A stretch of 64,000 nt of DNA, taken from NCBI RefSeq assembly GCF_009834535.1, contig NC_045696.1, forward strand, positions 8,868,001 to 8,932,000. The letters are read 5' to 3'. Positions within the stretch are counted from its first letter, which is position 1. Every line of letters starts with the position of its first letter. The position numbers were made by a program, and so were the translations under genes. This stretch comes from Camelus ferus. Its lineage: Eukaryota. Positions 27,201 to 40,984 of this stretch are shown here, one piece after another. The notes beneath the pieces are model-generated. The model ran no database searches and was not told the origin of the DNA. It was given only the letters and a program-made list of their open reading frames with translations.

Positions 27201-27657
27201 CATCGTTAAATTGCATCCTCATTAGAATGTAACCAGGTCTGGACTACAACACAGTCTAAGGTCACATTTGACATATATGATATGGTGGAACACACAGGCC
27301 ACACAAAACCAGACCGCATGTACTATGGTTGAAGAATAAAATTCAACATACTCATCATTTGCGAACATTCATCAAAGGACATATTTGCCCAAAGACATCA
27401 AGCAGGCTCATAGCTTCCCCCAAATCTGCCACAGATTAATACAGATATCTCATATTTTGTATCACAATTCCTATTCCTTATCATAACCCACAGTAGTGAA
27501 ACCAAAAATAATTTTGGTCATAATCCATCTTTCTTGCTACAAAAAGGCATTATTTGATTTATATTCTGAAGAAGCAACTGGTCATGAGTGATATCAACTT
27601 ACTCAAAAAACTGAAATTACTCTTTTTGAATCCATTAACAATTCTATGATAATGACT

Positions 27658-27905
27658 GTGAAAGTTAATTTTATATGTCAACTTGAAGTGTGTTTTTGAA
27701 TGAGATTAGCATTTAAATTGGTGAAGAAAAAAGCAGATTGTGCTCGAAAATGTGGGTGGGCCTCATGCAGTCAGTTGAAGACTGAACTAGAATAATAGAG
27801 CAGCTTCTCTGAGCAAGCAGAAATTCTTAAGGAGACTGCCTTCACATTTCAACTGCATCATCAACTCTTCTGAGTCTCTAGTCTCCTGGCCTTCAGACCA
27901 GAACT
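27658..27905 (+). mobile_element. MLT2-like (ERVL) LTR fragment
   Basis: gttaattttatatgtcaacttga...gagattagcattt...aatgtgggtgggcctcat. Confidence 0.7.
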
Positions 27906-29214
27906 TGGGGCATTGGGGCTTTTAGAAAGCATGTCTTTTTCTGGTCACAGTGAGGCTATCTGGGCTCCCAAGGTTGTGTCAGCTCTGATGCCCACTGTGC
28001 GTCCTGGGGTGGCCCACCCCCCTTTCCTGGGGTTATCATCTGTAGACTGAGGTGAACAGCACCACCTGCCATCTCAGTGATGAGTTGTGAGCATTTACTA
28101 GATAAAGCTTATAAAGTACTTTGAAGATGAGAAGGGTTACACCCACGCTGTTTTATTGTTATATCTTACACTTGATTATATTCTTCCTAAAAGATCTCCA
28201 CAGAGATCGGTGCACCCTTGAGTTTTAGTGGCTGGTTTCTGTGGTAGATTTTATATCTCAATAAAAAGACTATATAATGCTTTGATTGTTTGGGATGATT
28301 TTCCTAGACATCAAAGACATGATTTCTAAAACCTCTAAACCAGTTTCTTTTTGCTTCTCTTACATAAGCTAGGACACCACCCCTCCTCCAGGGATGCTAT
28401 ACATTAACCTATAGAGCTTTCTGGACCAACTGAAGATGAAGGATGGCTGGCTCTTCTCTCTTCTGTTGATTGCAGGAGATAATCCCTGACTCAAGGTGAT
28501 AGGTCTATTATTAGTTTGAGTTATCTTAATTTTTCCCTAAATTATGAAGAATTTTCTTCCTCATTTCAGAACCTGAGGCACAGCTGAGAAGCAGTATGTT
28601 ACTCATCACAAAAGGGCATAGATTCAAGACCTTTACACATATAAACCGAAGTTGTTCATTTTCCCAGATATTGTTTAACAATCTGAATATGTATGTGGCA
28701 ATCTTTGTTTCCCAGATGTATATTAATTCTTGCATTTTTTTCTTTCAGTGAGTGCCAGTAAAAAGAAGAGGGAGCTAAAAGAATGCTTCTCTGTATGATG
28801 AAGAAGACAGGAGGGGTATGAAAACATTTGCAAAACCATTCCCAGATTCTCACATTCCCGGGGGCAAAAAGCAATGAAACTTTGGAGCAGACAGTCCCAC
28901 GGAGGCCACCTAATTCCGAGCATTAACCAGAACCAACCCACACCTCAACTGCTCCCTCGTGTTCTGCCTGTGCTTCTCTTTCTGCCACTGTCAATTCAAA
29001 TTCTTTGTGTTCCTGACACTGAACAATTTATCAGGAGAAAGACTTACCAGGGCCAACAAGCAAACATTAATAAAAATACTAATCATAAAATCATGCCTCT
29101 AGACATTGATTTGGCTTCAGGGAAAGAAAGGACGTCATCAGCAAGGACTTGTTCCTAGGTTGAATTATTTCAAAATGACTCTAGTTACACATCATAGTTG
29201 TCACCAAAGACTGG

Positions 29215-29520
29215 TTCCACTTAAATTGAAAAATGCAGAAGGCATAATGTTAGATTTCTAAATGACACAGAATTGAGAAGGGAAGTTAGTCTGGTAGATG
29301 GTACAATCTGGATTCTGGAATATCTCAACTGGCCATGGTGATGCGCTGAAACCAATGAGATGAAATCTACCAGGGAAAACAAAGGAAGCCTGCATTGATA
29401 TTCAGAAAATGAACCACAAAGATACAAAATGGAGAGATCTACTTAAACTGAACTTTTTTTGGGAAAAGGGACTTGGTTGAATGACAATTCAGTTCAGGTT
29501 AATGTGACTGGGTTGACAAA
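29215..29520 (+). mobile_element. L3/CR1 reverse transcriptase remnant
   Basis: atgacacagaattgagaagg...gctgaaaccaatgagatgaaatctaccaggg...cctgcatt resembles the CR1 FADDT..W...N.MKFN..K region. Confidence 0.5.
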
Positions 29521-30066
29521 AAAGCTAATGCATTACAGACTACATTATAAAGTTTATACTGTTCGTATCAACAGGTTTAATAATATAATTCATTCACCTG
29601 CTTTTTCATTCAATGGTCATGCAGGATATAGGAAGGGGTAAATGTCCAGCCTAAAGAACAGAGTCACCATGCAGCTTATGCTGTTGTAGGAATTCAGGAT
29701 CTGTATTTCAGACTTTCACTTTTTTCCAAGAGGATTTTGAAATTTAGATTGTTAAGATAAAAAAATCCCAGTTTCCAAACACGTTGAATTTTTTAAAAAT
29801 AGCTGTACCTAGCTGACTGACTTTCCATTTTTACCTCTGACTCAGACATATTGTCTGGATCTTAGGAGAAAGATGTCGGCTGGTGATAGATGTTTGGGTT
29901 TGTTGTTTTATAAATCATCTTATAAGTGGCAGTTCAATCAATGAAAGTGAACATAATCACGAGGAAGTGTATATAGAGCAGGAAGTTAAAGCTTTATGCC
30001 TGTTTTATTTTGGGGTAACTATATATATATATATATATATATATAGAATTGATTTTAATTTATCTA

Positions 30067-30558
30067 CAGATCTTCCTTGAATTTCAATGGGGTTACATCC
30101 TGATAAACCCATCATAAAATGAAAATATCATTAAGCCAAAAATGCATTTAATACACCTAACCTATCAAAGATCACAGCTTAGACTAACTAGGCTATCTTA
30201 AATGTGCTCAGAACACATATGCTAGCCTACAGTTGGGCAAAATAATCTAACACAAAGCCTACTTTATAATCAAGTGTAGATTATCTCATGTAATTTATTA
30301 AATACCGTACTGAACGTGAAAAACAGAATGGTTGTATGTGGATGAGTATATTGGTTGTTTACCCTTGTGATCATGTGGCTGACTGGGAGCTGTGGCTCGC
30401 TGCCACTGCCCAGAATCACAAGAGAGTATCACACCACATATAGTTAGCCTAGGAAGAGATCAAAATTCTTAGTGTGGTTTCTACTCAATGTATATTGCTT
30501 TCGCTACATCCTAAAGTTGCAAAATCACGACGAAGCATCCTAAGGCAGGAACCGTCTG
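30067..30558 (+). mobile_element. Tigger5/MER47-family Tc1-mariner MITE
   Basis: TA target duplications at 30065-30066 and 30559-30560. Terminal inverted repeats cagatcttccttga.../...ggaaccgtctg. Internal atggggttacatcctgataaacccatc. Confidence 0.8.
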
Positions 30559-30569
30559 TAATGACTTTG

Positions 30570-32290
30570 TAGCTACACCACTTTGCATTCCTTTTTAGTT
30601 GTTGCTCTAAGGACTACTGTACGTATTATTAAATTTTTACATTCTGCATACAGTTAATATATCACTTCATGTGAAATACACAAACTTTGCAATTATATAG
30701 GTTCATTTATCCTATCCTTATGCTATAGTTGCTGTAAATATCATTACCTACATGCTTTACAAATCTCATAGTACAAGGTTGTCATTTTTCCTTTAGTCTT
30801 TTTAATTTACCCAAGTATTTACTATTTCTAGTGTTCTTCATTCCTTTCTGAAGAGAAACTTTGTATCAATTCCCATCAGTCTGAATAACTCCTTAAAGCA
30901 TAGCTTGTAGTGCAGATTGTTGGCAATATATCCTTAATTTTTATTTAATTGAAAATGGCTTTATTCTGTCTTCATTCTTGAATATTATTTTCATTAGATA
31001 TAGGCTTCTAACTTGAAAGTTTCTTTTTTTCTAAAGTCATTTCAACAGTATTGGTCCATTGCCTCTGTCTTCCACAGTTTCTGATGAGAACTTAGCAGTC
31101 ATTTATACTATGGTTTCACTGTATCTAATGCATCATTTTTCTCTGACTGCTTTGAGAACTTTTTTGTCATCTTTGGCTTCCTTTACATTAACCATGATGG
31201 GCCTCACTATGATTTTCTCTGGCTCTTGACTGAGTTTGCTGAGCTTCTTGAATTTATAATTGTCTCAGCAAATTTGAGAAATTTTCAGGTATTACTACTT
31301 CAAATATTTCCTATAGCCTGTTCTCCCTCCTTTCTCTTCCTAGGATTCAAATTACATATGTGTTAGGACTTTTGATTGTGTCCCACAGGCAAATCTTTTT
31401 CCTCCCTCTTCTTCAGACTATAACTGTATTGATCTATCTTCAATTTCACTGGCTTTTTCTTGTCTCGTCTCCTAGTTGTTAACCCCATCCAGTTAATTTT
31501 TTACTTCAGGTATTGTAGTTTTCAAGTTTGCTTTGCTATTATTTACAGTTCCTGTTTTGCTTTTTTTCCCATTTATTACACATATATTTTCTTTATATTT
31601 TGGATTGTAGTTAAAATATTTACTTTAAAATCTTTGTCTGCTAATTCCAACGTCTGGGCTATCTTGAGGTCAAATTCCATTAAGTCTTTTCTCTTAGGTT
31701 TGTGTTATGATTTCTTCTTTCTTTGTATGTTTATTAAGTTTGCTTTGTATGTCTAGTAATAACTGGACATTGTGGGAAAATATACTTTATAGACACTGGA
31801 TTCTGTTATATCCCTCCAAAAAGTATTCATTCTTTTGCTTTGAGCAGCAGCTGAAATCTATGCTTACTTCCTTTAGACTCAGCTGAACTATTTGGACTCT
31901 GCCCTGTGCATGCCTATTCAAAAGATCATTCAGAGATATAGACAGAATTTATACATAAAATCTTGCATATAATTGTCTGGCTGTCTCTTGTTTGATCTCC
32001 CTGAAATGCACCTGCTGGTTCTTCAAGCCTGTAAAACTACTGCTTCTTATCCAAGTCTTAATTGCCTGACTGGGACCTCCTGTCTGGCAAAAACAAAGCA
32101 AAACACTGTAAGAAGCAGAAGACATATCAGTGCCATTTCCTTCTTCCAAATACCCATTGCCTCTCAGTCTCTGCCTTCCTTTGGTATCTTTCCAATGTCT
32201 TTAGTAACTGATATATTTATATTTTGTCCAGAATTAATATTTGTTAACTGTGATACAGTTTGTATGACAGAAACTACTTTGTTATTACCA
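30570..32290 (-). mobile_element. Old L1M ORF1/inter-ORF region
   Basis: T-rich antisense L1 motifs ttctgatgagaacttagc, aaatttgagaaattttcag and aaattacatatgtgttag. Confidence 0.65.
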
Positions 32291-35079
32291 GAAGCAAAAA
32301 TCCCAGATAAACAGAATGTGAAGTTGGGATAAACCTCTCAATTCAGGCCTGCTAGGCAAATTGACCACAACTGGGCTAACTGTTCACAGTGGTCATCTGG
32401 TCTAGGATTCCTTCTCTCTAGAGCTCAGACCACCAGATGCACTGTAACCTGCATTTAATCTTCTCAGCTAAACTGGTAGTACATAAACAACTAGCTTCCT
32501 AACTGAGTGTTGACCCCACATCTACTTTCTGCACTTCCATGGAAGTGATCTATATAAAAACAGATCATATCATATCACTGCCTACTTAAGAATTCTTCCA
32601 TGGCTCCTATATTTGCCTAGAGAAGAAAACTCAAATTTCTTGGCAGGACTTGTAAGATAATATGAGACTTGAAATCCAAACATTTTGCCTTCTCTATATT
32701 TATTTTCTCACTCCTTTCCTACCCCCAACTCCCACCAAGCACACTGTGCTCTTAGGACCATCAAATCTTGCTGATCTATGATCACCTGCATTTCCACACT
32801 GCCACATACTTGCAGTTAACATCATCTTACCCTGCATTATTCATCTCTTTAGCCATTTGACGTTATATTTTATAATTACATGATAGATTTATCATATTAC
32901 GTTACAGACATTATTTTATAATGTCTACTTAACATTATAATACAGATCTGTATTTTATTTATGCTTTTTATTATTACATGTCTTCCACATTGGAAGGGTC
33001 ATGAGGCCAAAGACTTGGTTTGGTTCACAGTAAGCTCTCCACTATTCAGAGGAATGCGTGGCTTACAATAGGCATTTCCGTAAATATTTATTGGATGAAT
33101 ACTGCTCTTGTTGGCTAGGATTCCCTCTCACTATCTGCCCAAAGCCAGCTAACAAAGGCATTCTGAGAACCCAGCTCAATTTTTAGCTTCCCTTTGGAAT
33201 TTCTTCTCAACATCCCCTCACCCATAAATGGTAAATTACTAAATTGTCATCCATTTTTCCGTATAATCCGTCTTCCTTATTTCCCTTTCTCTGCCTATTT
33301 CTGCCTATTTACCACTATGCCATAGTGTTAAAGCCAGATTACTCATGAATTGACTTGTAATCTCAATTCTCTGTGCAAGTCCTATTTCCCTTCAGAGTGA
33401 CTGCCCTTCTGGCTTGGTCCTCCATCTGGAGAAAAGCCCTTTTGTTCCCATCCAGTCCATAGATAAGGTCAGAGACAAACTTGCGTACACCAATTCTGAA
33501 TACATGTGATTTTTAAAATTATAAGTGAGATTTTTTGACATCTTGGGAAAACTGATATTTTGTTCTTAGTCTAGTAGCCTTAGGTATGAATTGAGAAATT
33601 TCAGGAAAAACTGCTAGGTGGTTTTAGGGCGCTAAATCAAAGCATTCTTTTGTATTTATTACTTTCTAATATTTGCAGGCCTCCTCAGGATTAAAACTCC
33701 ACGCCTATTTTTTTTTTTTTATATGAGTTTCTGGTAAAATATGAATCAATGACTTGGAGATTAATTACATACATTCACTCATTCAGTAACCAAGGATTAT
33801 CTTAGCATTTGGAGACTAAGCTCTCTTTAACTCAAATCTATAATGAATTGGAGTGAATAACATGGTGAGAGGTAAATTAACTCAGAGCACTCAGTGAACA
33901 CGGAATAAGGTTTCTGTTTACCACTCAGAGAAAATATTTGTAAGTGTTGAATTGTGTTGAAAAAAATCTGTAAGTCTATGGTTACATCATCTTCATCATG
34001 AAAGAAGGTAAGAACCATCCTGTCTGTAGTCTCCTCTGAAATCTTTCAAGAAATAAAAATAGTAGGGTAGGGGGAGCTTTCAAAATGAAAGAAACCTCTC
34101 TATCCTATTGATCTATTTTCTAACTCTTGATAAGCCCTAGGAACCTGGATCGCTATTTCATCACTGCCCACAAGATGGGAGACAAATGCTCCCAGGAGAA
34201 CAAGTACACAGTCCTCTTCTTGATGACTCTGGTAATGTAAGAGGTTTTGGAAAATGTATACATGTGCTTATGCACACAACAATGTACATATAAATCACAG
34301 ACTTCCCCTGAAATGAAATGCTGAGGTCACGTGAGCATATTTCAGCCTTTAACTTAGACCCTTAGGCTGTATGCCCAGCTATGACACACAGCCCATGTTT
34401 ATAAAGTCAAGTTAATTTCAGTTGTTAGTATCAGTTACCATCATTCCAGATTTAAAACCACCAGCCCAGGGCCCTTCTCTGAGTTCTTGCAGCCCCTGGT
34501 AGCCATACCAGGCATCTGGCACTTTTATGCACACCCCCTCATATTGTTCCTGGACCATCTATTTAAACAGGCCTTTTCTCTTCATTTTATTACAAATTCT
34601 TGAATCCAAGGATCATGTCTGATATTTCTCAGAATCCTCGTTAATGTCTAGTCCAGAAGCCTGTTCTAGCAAATGCTCCAAAAAAGTTGTTGATTGATTC
34701 AAAATGGATTTTCAATTTTATGAAAAATATTTTTAGAGTAAAGGAAATATTCACTTTCGTGTTTGGAAAATAAGATGATTATGTTTTTTTTAAAAAAAAG
34801 TGGAAATGGGGTAACATCTAATGGGCTGCAAATTTCCACATCAACACGTGATTTCAATATAAAATCCCAGCCCAACTTCAGGAGTAAAATAATAAGAGGC
34901 AAAATGGACAGAATATGACAGATTGGGTTTAGTATTATCACTTCTTCAAAATGTGTTTGCACCATAATCAGTAGGAAAAAAAAAAAATACATAGCTGGCA
35001 GTTTTCTTTGAGAGGAGGCATGTGTGTTTTCTCTCTTCCCTCTCTCTGTCCCTCTCCTCCCACCCCACCTTTTCCCCTT

Positions 35080-35575
35080 CTGAAACTGAGTCAGACCAGC
35101 CATATTTCCAGTTAGAAGTTGGCATTGGAGCTCAGCAGCTGTTCAGAAATGTCCAAGTGGACAGCAAATGGCGCTGATGGAGTTAACGGCAGTGACTCAC
35201 TTGGGACATTTCACAGCAGGTCAGCTGAAACCATCCCTTGCTGTAAAGAGAATTTAGTCCTGCTGGGCAAGAGCCCAAGAAAACGCGCTCAGGCTGATAA
35301 CAGCACAGAGCCTCTTAGTTGCCACTGGTTGATCTTGGTGTTCTCAGTTTTCACAAATTTTTTTTTTAAAGGTGAATTTTTTTCTAACGCAATCATGAGC
35401 TGTGATGGGAAGAACAGGCTGAGCAGCTGTCGGCTGTTTGAATTCACCGAGGGGAGGGTTGGTATCTGGAAATGCTCAACGCAACTTGTCTTGCAAGCTT
35501 TGACGATGACTTTCACATATAAAATTATGGGTCAGGAGCAGGAAGCTGAGTACTGTTCATGCCAGTAAGTCTAAT
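35080..35575 (+). promoter_or_regulatory. Repeat-free, motif-dense candidate enhancer/promoter with a possible exon donor
   Basis: AP-1 sites at 35087-35093 and 35193-35199. CTCF-like cagcaaatggcgctg at 35162-35176. CAGCTG E-boxes at 35136, 35222 and 35424. Donor CA|GTAAGT at 35565. Confidence 0.35.
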
Positions 35576-38500
35576 TCGGCCGATGTAAGATTTGGGGGAT
35601 TTCAGAAAGATTTCATTCATCTAGGAGTACTTTTCTACAAAATATTGTGATAGTTTAAAATTTACTCAACTGAGCAACAGTGAGCAACAGTAAAAACAAA
35701 GTCATCCAAACCAAAAAAAAAAAAAAAAAAAAAAAGAAAAATAGAGCATGCTTATATTTTGTGAACTTCTACAACATTTTCCTTAACACAGAAGGGAATG
35801 TATAAAAATATGGTTGAAGCTGCTGTGTGTTGCTGCATTATAAAATATGATAGAAAAGAATAATAAAGACCTGTTTGGAGAAAAAACATGATTACCTGAA
35901 ATAATACCTCCTTGACACAAGACCTATTTTTATTTTTGTTTTTTTCCCAAATTATTTTTTAAAAACACTGTTAAGGCAAATATATTAGGTTTGTTCTTTA
36001 TAAGTAGACATTTAACAGATAAGGAATAATGATTACTGATATTAATGGTCATTAGAACTAAACTTTATTTCTCTTAAATTCTGGCATGAAATCATGGTTT
36101 CCTCATTGAGATGAAATCTTGTTTCCACTTATTTGGTAGAAAAGTCTGATTTGGTGATTTGAATTCACTACAGTCAAGTTCCTTTTCGTGATTGGACCCA
36201 AAAGCTGGTTCTGATATTTTCAGACCAGGCTGAAGACAGAATTAAAAATGAATTAATTTTGTTTCCCAGGAACAGAATCTTTCCATTAAATAGAGTTTGG
36301 TAAAATAAATCACTATCAACCCGTGTAGCTTTCTAGGTACTTTAATGGACTGAACAATTTTCAGGTGCATAGTTTTACATGCATTAAACAATTTTTTTTC
36401 AGCTCAGCTCCTCGGCGAATACATATTCTAACTTCAAAGGAGAATAGTTGCTCACTGTATTTTTACGGAGGATTGTGGATGGGGGAGTTTCGTTACTTGC
36501 CCACTGCCTACCTCATGGTAATGCTTAATAAATATTGGTTGAATTAATTAATTTTGACCACAGGAACTGGAAGGATGGCAAGGAGTGTCATCTCTTCTTG
36601 GCGAAAGAGCAGATTAGTCATTTTGAGCAAGTAAAAGAGGAGATAGGATTTTAGCGTGATTTAAATCCAGATTAGTGGAGCCATTAGAAGGCAGGTGGCA
36701 GGGAGGGGATGGGAGAGCGGAGACAGTTGTAGGAATAAGTTTGTGTCGACCTGGGCTGAACTCCTTTCTTCACGTGGTATCAAAGGCCAAGCGAAAATGC
36801 CACCACAGGAAAAGTGAAAATGAAACAGGGCATCAGAGTATCGATGGGGTCGAGAGGGATGAGCATGGCTTCAGTGACAGAAACAGGTGCCTCAGAAGAA
36901 TGTAGCGCTTTGCTTCTGTGGCTTCTGTCCTGTTATTAGTCTCCATCCTGGTGTCTTCCTTTCTCATCTCTCCTTCGCTTTCACCTGAAATGGGACGGCC
37001 GAAGAAGAAAGACTGGTTAAATGTGAGAAACTCTTCAGCGTTCTCCCAAGGGTGCCTGTTTTCTCTCCTTCCAGCCTGTTGATCTTTTAGATCCAATTCT
37101 GACCGCTAACTTTATCATCTTACGATGATGATCGCTAAATGGAGAATGGCGTTGCTTGTCACCGGCGAGAATGAATTGCTCCAGATATATACACATATAT
37201 GAAGACATATTATTTTAATATTTAAAAAAATCAGTTCTATTTCTCTCTATACATCTATGAAAAATATGTATTATACATACACATGACGCATATATATAAC
37301 ATATCATATATAATTTTATAATATTTTATATCTATGGGGAGACAGAAAGATAAGAAAATAGACTGAAGTTTTTACCTCATAACTCTTCTGTGCATAGCTT
37401 TACTTTTTCTTCAGGCACATTTTTAAAGGCTCCTATTTGATATATGTCTTTAAAGATATTTAATTTGAGGTGAGTAATTTAACATCAAATAGTACCTGTT
37501 TTAATCCTACTGAGGGCAAATTGAACGATACTGTTCATCACGATGGAGTAGTAGCCACTGACTAGGTCTTTTTTGGAGTTACCAGACGGTTGAGAAGTCC
37601 CAGTTCCATATTAATGTGTAGAAAGGCTTATCTCTTGATAGAAAGATGATAGTTGGATAGACAGATAATAGATAGATGGATACAAACACACATGTGCTGG
37701 CACCACACATACACAAATACCAAAGGCAAAAAAATGACTCTGCTGTAGGGGATGTTTATAACAGGATATCCGTATGTTTATTTAAATTGTTTAAAAAACT
37801 GAACTTAGAGTCCTTCAGCTCCTTTTGTCTTGTTTTATTACCTTTTTTTTCACACAAAATGAGACCAGAATCTCCTACGTGGAAATCAGCTGGGCATTCA
37901 TCACGTCTGTATCAAGTGTCTGAATTCACTTTACAGCAGCCCCTTTCTTCATGGCACTTCCGGTGTTTGGTAATGCAAACAAGCAGCACACTGTGTCATT
38001 GTCCTGGTAACACTCCTTACAAAAGCCAGGGAGGAATGAAAGTTCGAACTGGAGTTAATAGGACTTACTAATACAAGCCAAAAATAAATAAATAAATAAT
38101 GGGTACCACTCCCTGATCTGGAGGGCCAGCTAATCTCGAGGTATGAAGCAATTCAGACTCCGTGACACACATCTCCCTCCCAGCATTTGCTGTCTCAAGA
38201 ATGCCCTGCACTCGGCGTCACATGTTGTCTCATATGCAATCAGAATATTAAGCCACTTGTGAACTGACTTGTGAGATGTTTAGAACATGCTGGAAGAGTT
38301 CTCCTTTCCAATGCGAGAAGACAGTGAAATTATCCAACTCTTTAACTGAAAGGGGGGAATAATCTAATCTGATTTCAAGTCATTATTTCGGAAACTGTCC
38401 TTATTCACAAAATGTGGCCTTGCTACTATAATGTTCTTTCTCAAGACCTCAAAAGGAGTTTGGAGGGAAAAGGTCAAAGAGGTTAAATCAAGGCTGAAGG

Positions 38501-39162
38501 TAACTTGAAGGGTCGTTTCTGAGTGTATGCAGCCTACTTCACATTTTTAGTGTGAACAAGGTCTTTCTAGCTATTGTGGTGAACTTCAGTATCTACAGTC
38601 ACCAATTTTACCAAATATCTGCTTCATCTTTCAGCACCGTGCCTCAACTGTGCCAGGAAAGCTCTTAAAAAGAGGCTCTGGCTGCCTTTGTGAAATGTAA
38701 GGAAGTAAGTTAATTTTTACAAAGGCAATCTGATCCACTAATTATTATTACTATTTTTTAACCAGACATGATTGGAGTTAGAGCTTGCCTAACTACCTGT
38801 CTTCAAGCCTAGTATAAATTATCTAGGGTCAGATGGCTCAAATCTGGAAATCCCCAGGGTTTGGAACCCCCCACCAAGAATGCTATACGTGGTGCAGGAC
38901 AAAGCATTGGGGACCGTTGGGCAGAGGTTGTTGTTCCAAAGTCTACGCATCAATGAGCGTCATAAAATTAAGCTCCAGTGGTGTTTAGGACTTAGATAAC
39001 CTAGTTAGGCTGTTCGTTATCAACACTGCTTAAACCAGAGAAGGTACAGCAGCAATTGTCACCCTGGCTCGAGTCTCGGTTCTGTCACTTACCAACTGTG
39101 ATTTGTGGCAACACTGTCTGTCTTTAAATGCTGGCTTCATTTTCTAAGTGGAGGCCCTAGGG

Positions 39163-39628
39163 CTGTGGTTCAACTGGGTGACTCGGGGCATCCGAATCAC
39201 CTGAGGGTCTTATTAATTTTTTTAATTGAAGTATACTCACATACAGTGTGTCAATTTCTGGTGTACAGCATAATGTTTCAGTCATACATATACATACATA
39301 TATTCCTTTTCGTATTCTTTTCCATTACAGGTTACTATAAGATATTGAATAAAGTTCCCTGTGCTATACAGTATAAACTTGTTGTTTATATATTTTATAT
39401 GTAGTCGTTAGTATCTGCAAATCTCAAACTCCCAGTTTATCCCTTCCCATCCCTGTTCCCCCTGGTAACCATAAGTTTTGTTTTCTATGTCCGTAACTGG
39501 GGGTCTCATGAAAACAAGGAGTTTCTGGTTCAGTAGGTCCAGAGTGGGGCCCAATGGTCTGCGTTTTTAGTAAGTTCCTAGGTAATGCTGGTGCTGCTGG
39601 TCTAGTGGTCACACTTTGAGAACCACTA
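39163..39628 (+). mobile_element. MER5A hAT MITE, interrupted by an L1 3' end and flanked by MIR pieces
   Basis: ctgtggttc...gaatcacctg and ...cacactttgagaaccacta. 8-bp TSD ccctaggg (39155-39162) / acctaggg (39629-39636). Confidence 0.8.
39214..39496 (-). mobile_element. Short L1 3' end
   Basis: Poly-T then L1 3' UTR. TSD ctgagggtcttat (39201-39213) / ctgggggtctcat (39497-39509). Confidence 0.8.
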
Positions 39629-40440
39629 ACCTAGGGCAACTAACTTAATCTTTTTGTGGCTGAGTTTTCTTCCTTGTAACATGAGAATGATAATAATGCT
39701 CATGTCACAGTGTCGTTTTGAGAGTAAATAAACTAACCTTGGGGGTCTTAGAATTCTGTGCAGCAGGGTGTGTTAATTAAGCATGAGCCAATGTCACTGA
39801 TGATAACAAAGCCTGAACATACTGTCCCCAGACTGTTTCAGGTTTACAGAAGCAGGCTAGCTTTACGCTGGAAAACCTTGTATCAAACATGCTATTAAGG
39901 AAAACTATCCAACAAGACTGAGTATGTAAGCTTAGGGGAAAAATGCTGTGCCTTTTAGATTTTTTAATGAAAGGACTTTTCCAACATAAAACCCCTTTGG
40001 GAACCAGAGACCCTTTGAAGGCTATGGAAACATACATGGCATTGTGACAGACCTCCTCCCACAGGGATGCTTACCCAAGCATGTCCGTGAACTTGTGTTT
40101 ATGCAATGGCTGCTTTGGATGCCCAGGTGAGCGGCGCTGGTCTAAGAGCTGCCCGAGTCCGGGGGCGGTGGCTCTTGCAAGAAGCAGTCAGCTCTGCCTT
40201 TTCTTCATTATTTTTTGTCTTTTAAATTATGCAAAAATGATTTTCATGCTCTCTGATGACTTACCTCCAAGGAAGGCAGAATGAAAAAGAACTGTGCTCT
40301 GTAGTCAACCACCCCGTGTCCCGGGGCCAGCTCGGGGCCTTTTAGGCAGTGCTGGAACCTCGGGCAAGCCCTGGACCCTCTCTGAAGCTTAGATTCTTTG
40401 ACTAAATGAAAGGGCTCCCATAGGTAATGTCAAATCCACT

Positions 40441-40460
40441 TCTCGACTAGATGGCGGCAG
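40441..40460 (+). promoter_or_regulatory. Candidate CTCF binding site
   Basis: tctcgactagatggcggcag closely matches the CTCF core consensus (CCACYAGRKGGCRS). Confidence 0.5.
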
Positions 40461-40984
40461 TCATCTTAGATGGTAAACACACTGCATGGCTTGAAAACAG
40501 AGCCTTCTTTCTCACACACAGTCTGTAATAAGCTTCTCTCCTATCACTGCTGAATTATCACACGTCTTTTTCCTATGATTGAACGCATATGAACTTAGAA
40601 TATATAGACTCAAAGTGGCCTCTTTTTCGTAGATCCCCTAAAATGTTCATCTTGACACTTTGCTTTTTCTGCCTGAGCCAGTTGGGGGCATCTCAGGTTC
40701 GTCCTCACCTGGACCATCAGCATATTCTCTCTCACCTCCAGACCTTCACCTACTCCCCACCCCCTGCCCTCACCTGCAACACTCTCCTCCTGACTTTCCC
40801 TGCTTTCTAGCAGCTCTCGCCATCCCTCAGTGCCCCTCTCTGGCCTCCCCAGTCTGGCTTTGTCTCATCCTCCAGGTTACAGCTTAGATTTACTTCCTCT
40901 GAGAAGCCAGGATTGAGCTAGTGCCCCTCCCCCACCCTATATAGCACCACAGCCCTCAACCCCTTTATCTCACGCTCCTTGACC

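Noticed and set aside
36833..37096. Charged 87-aa ORF with a good minus-strand acceptor near 36985
   Set aside because: No recognisable product and no clear donor. Purine-rich composition explains it.
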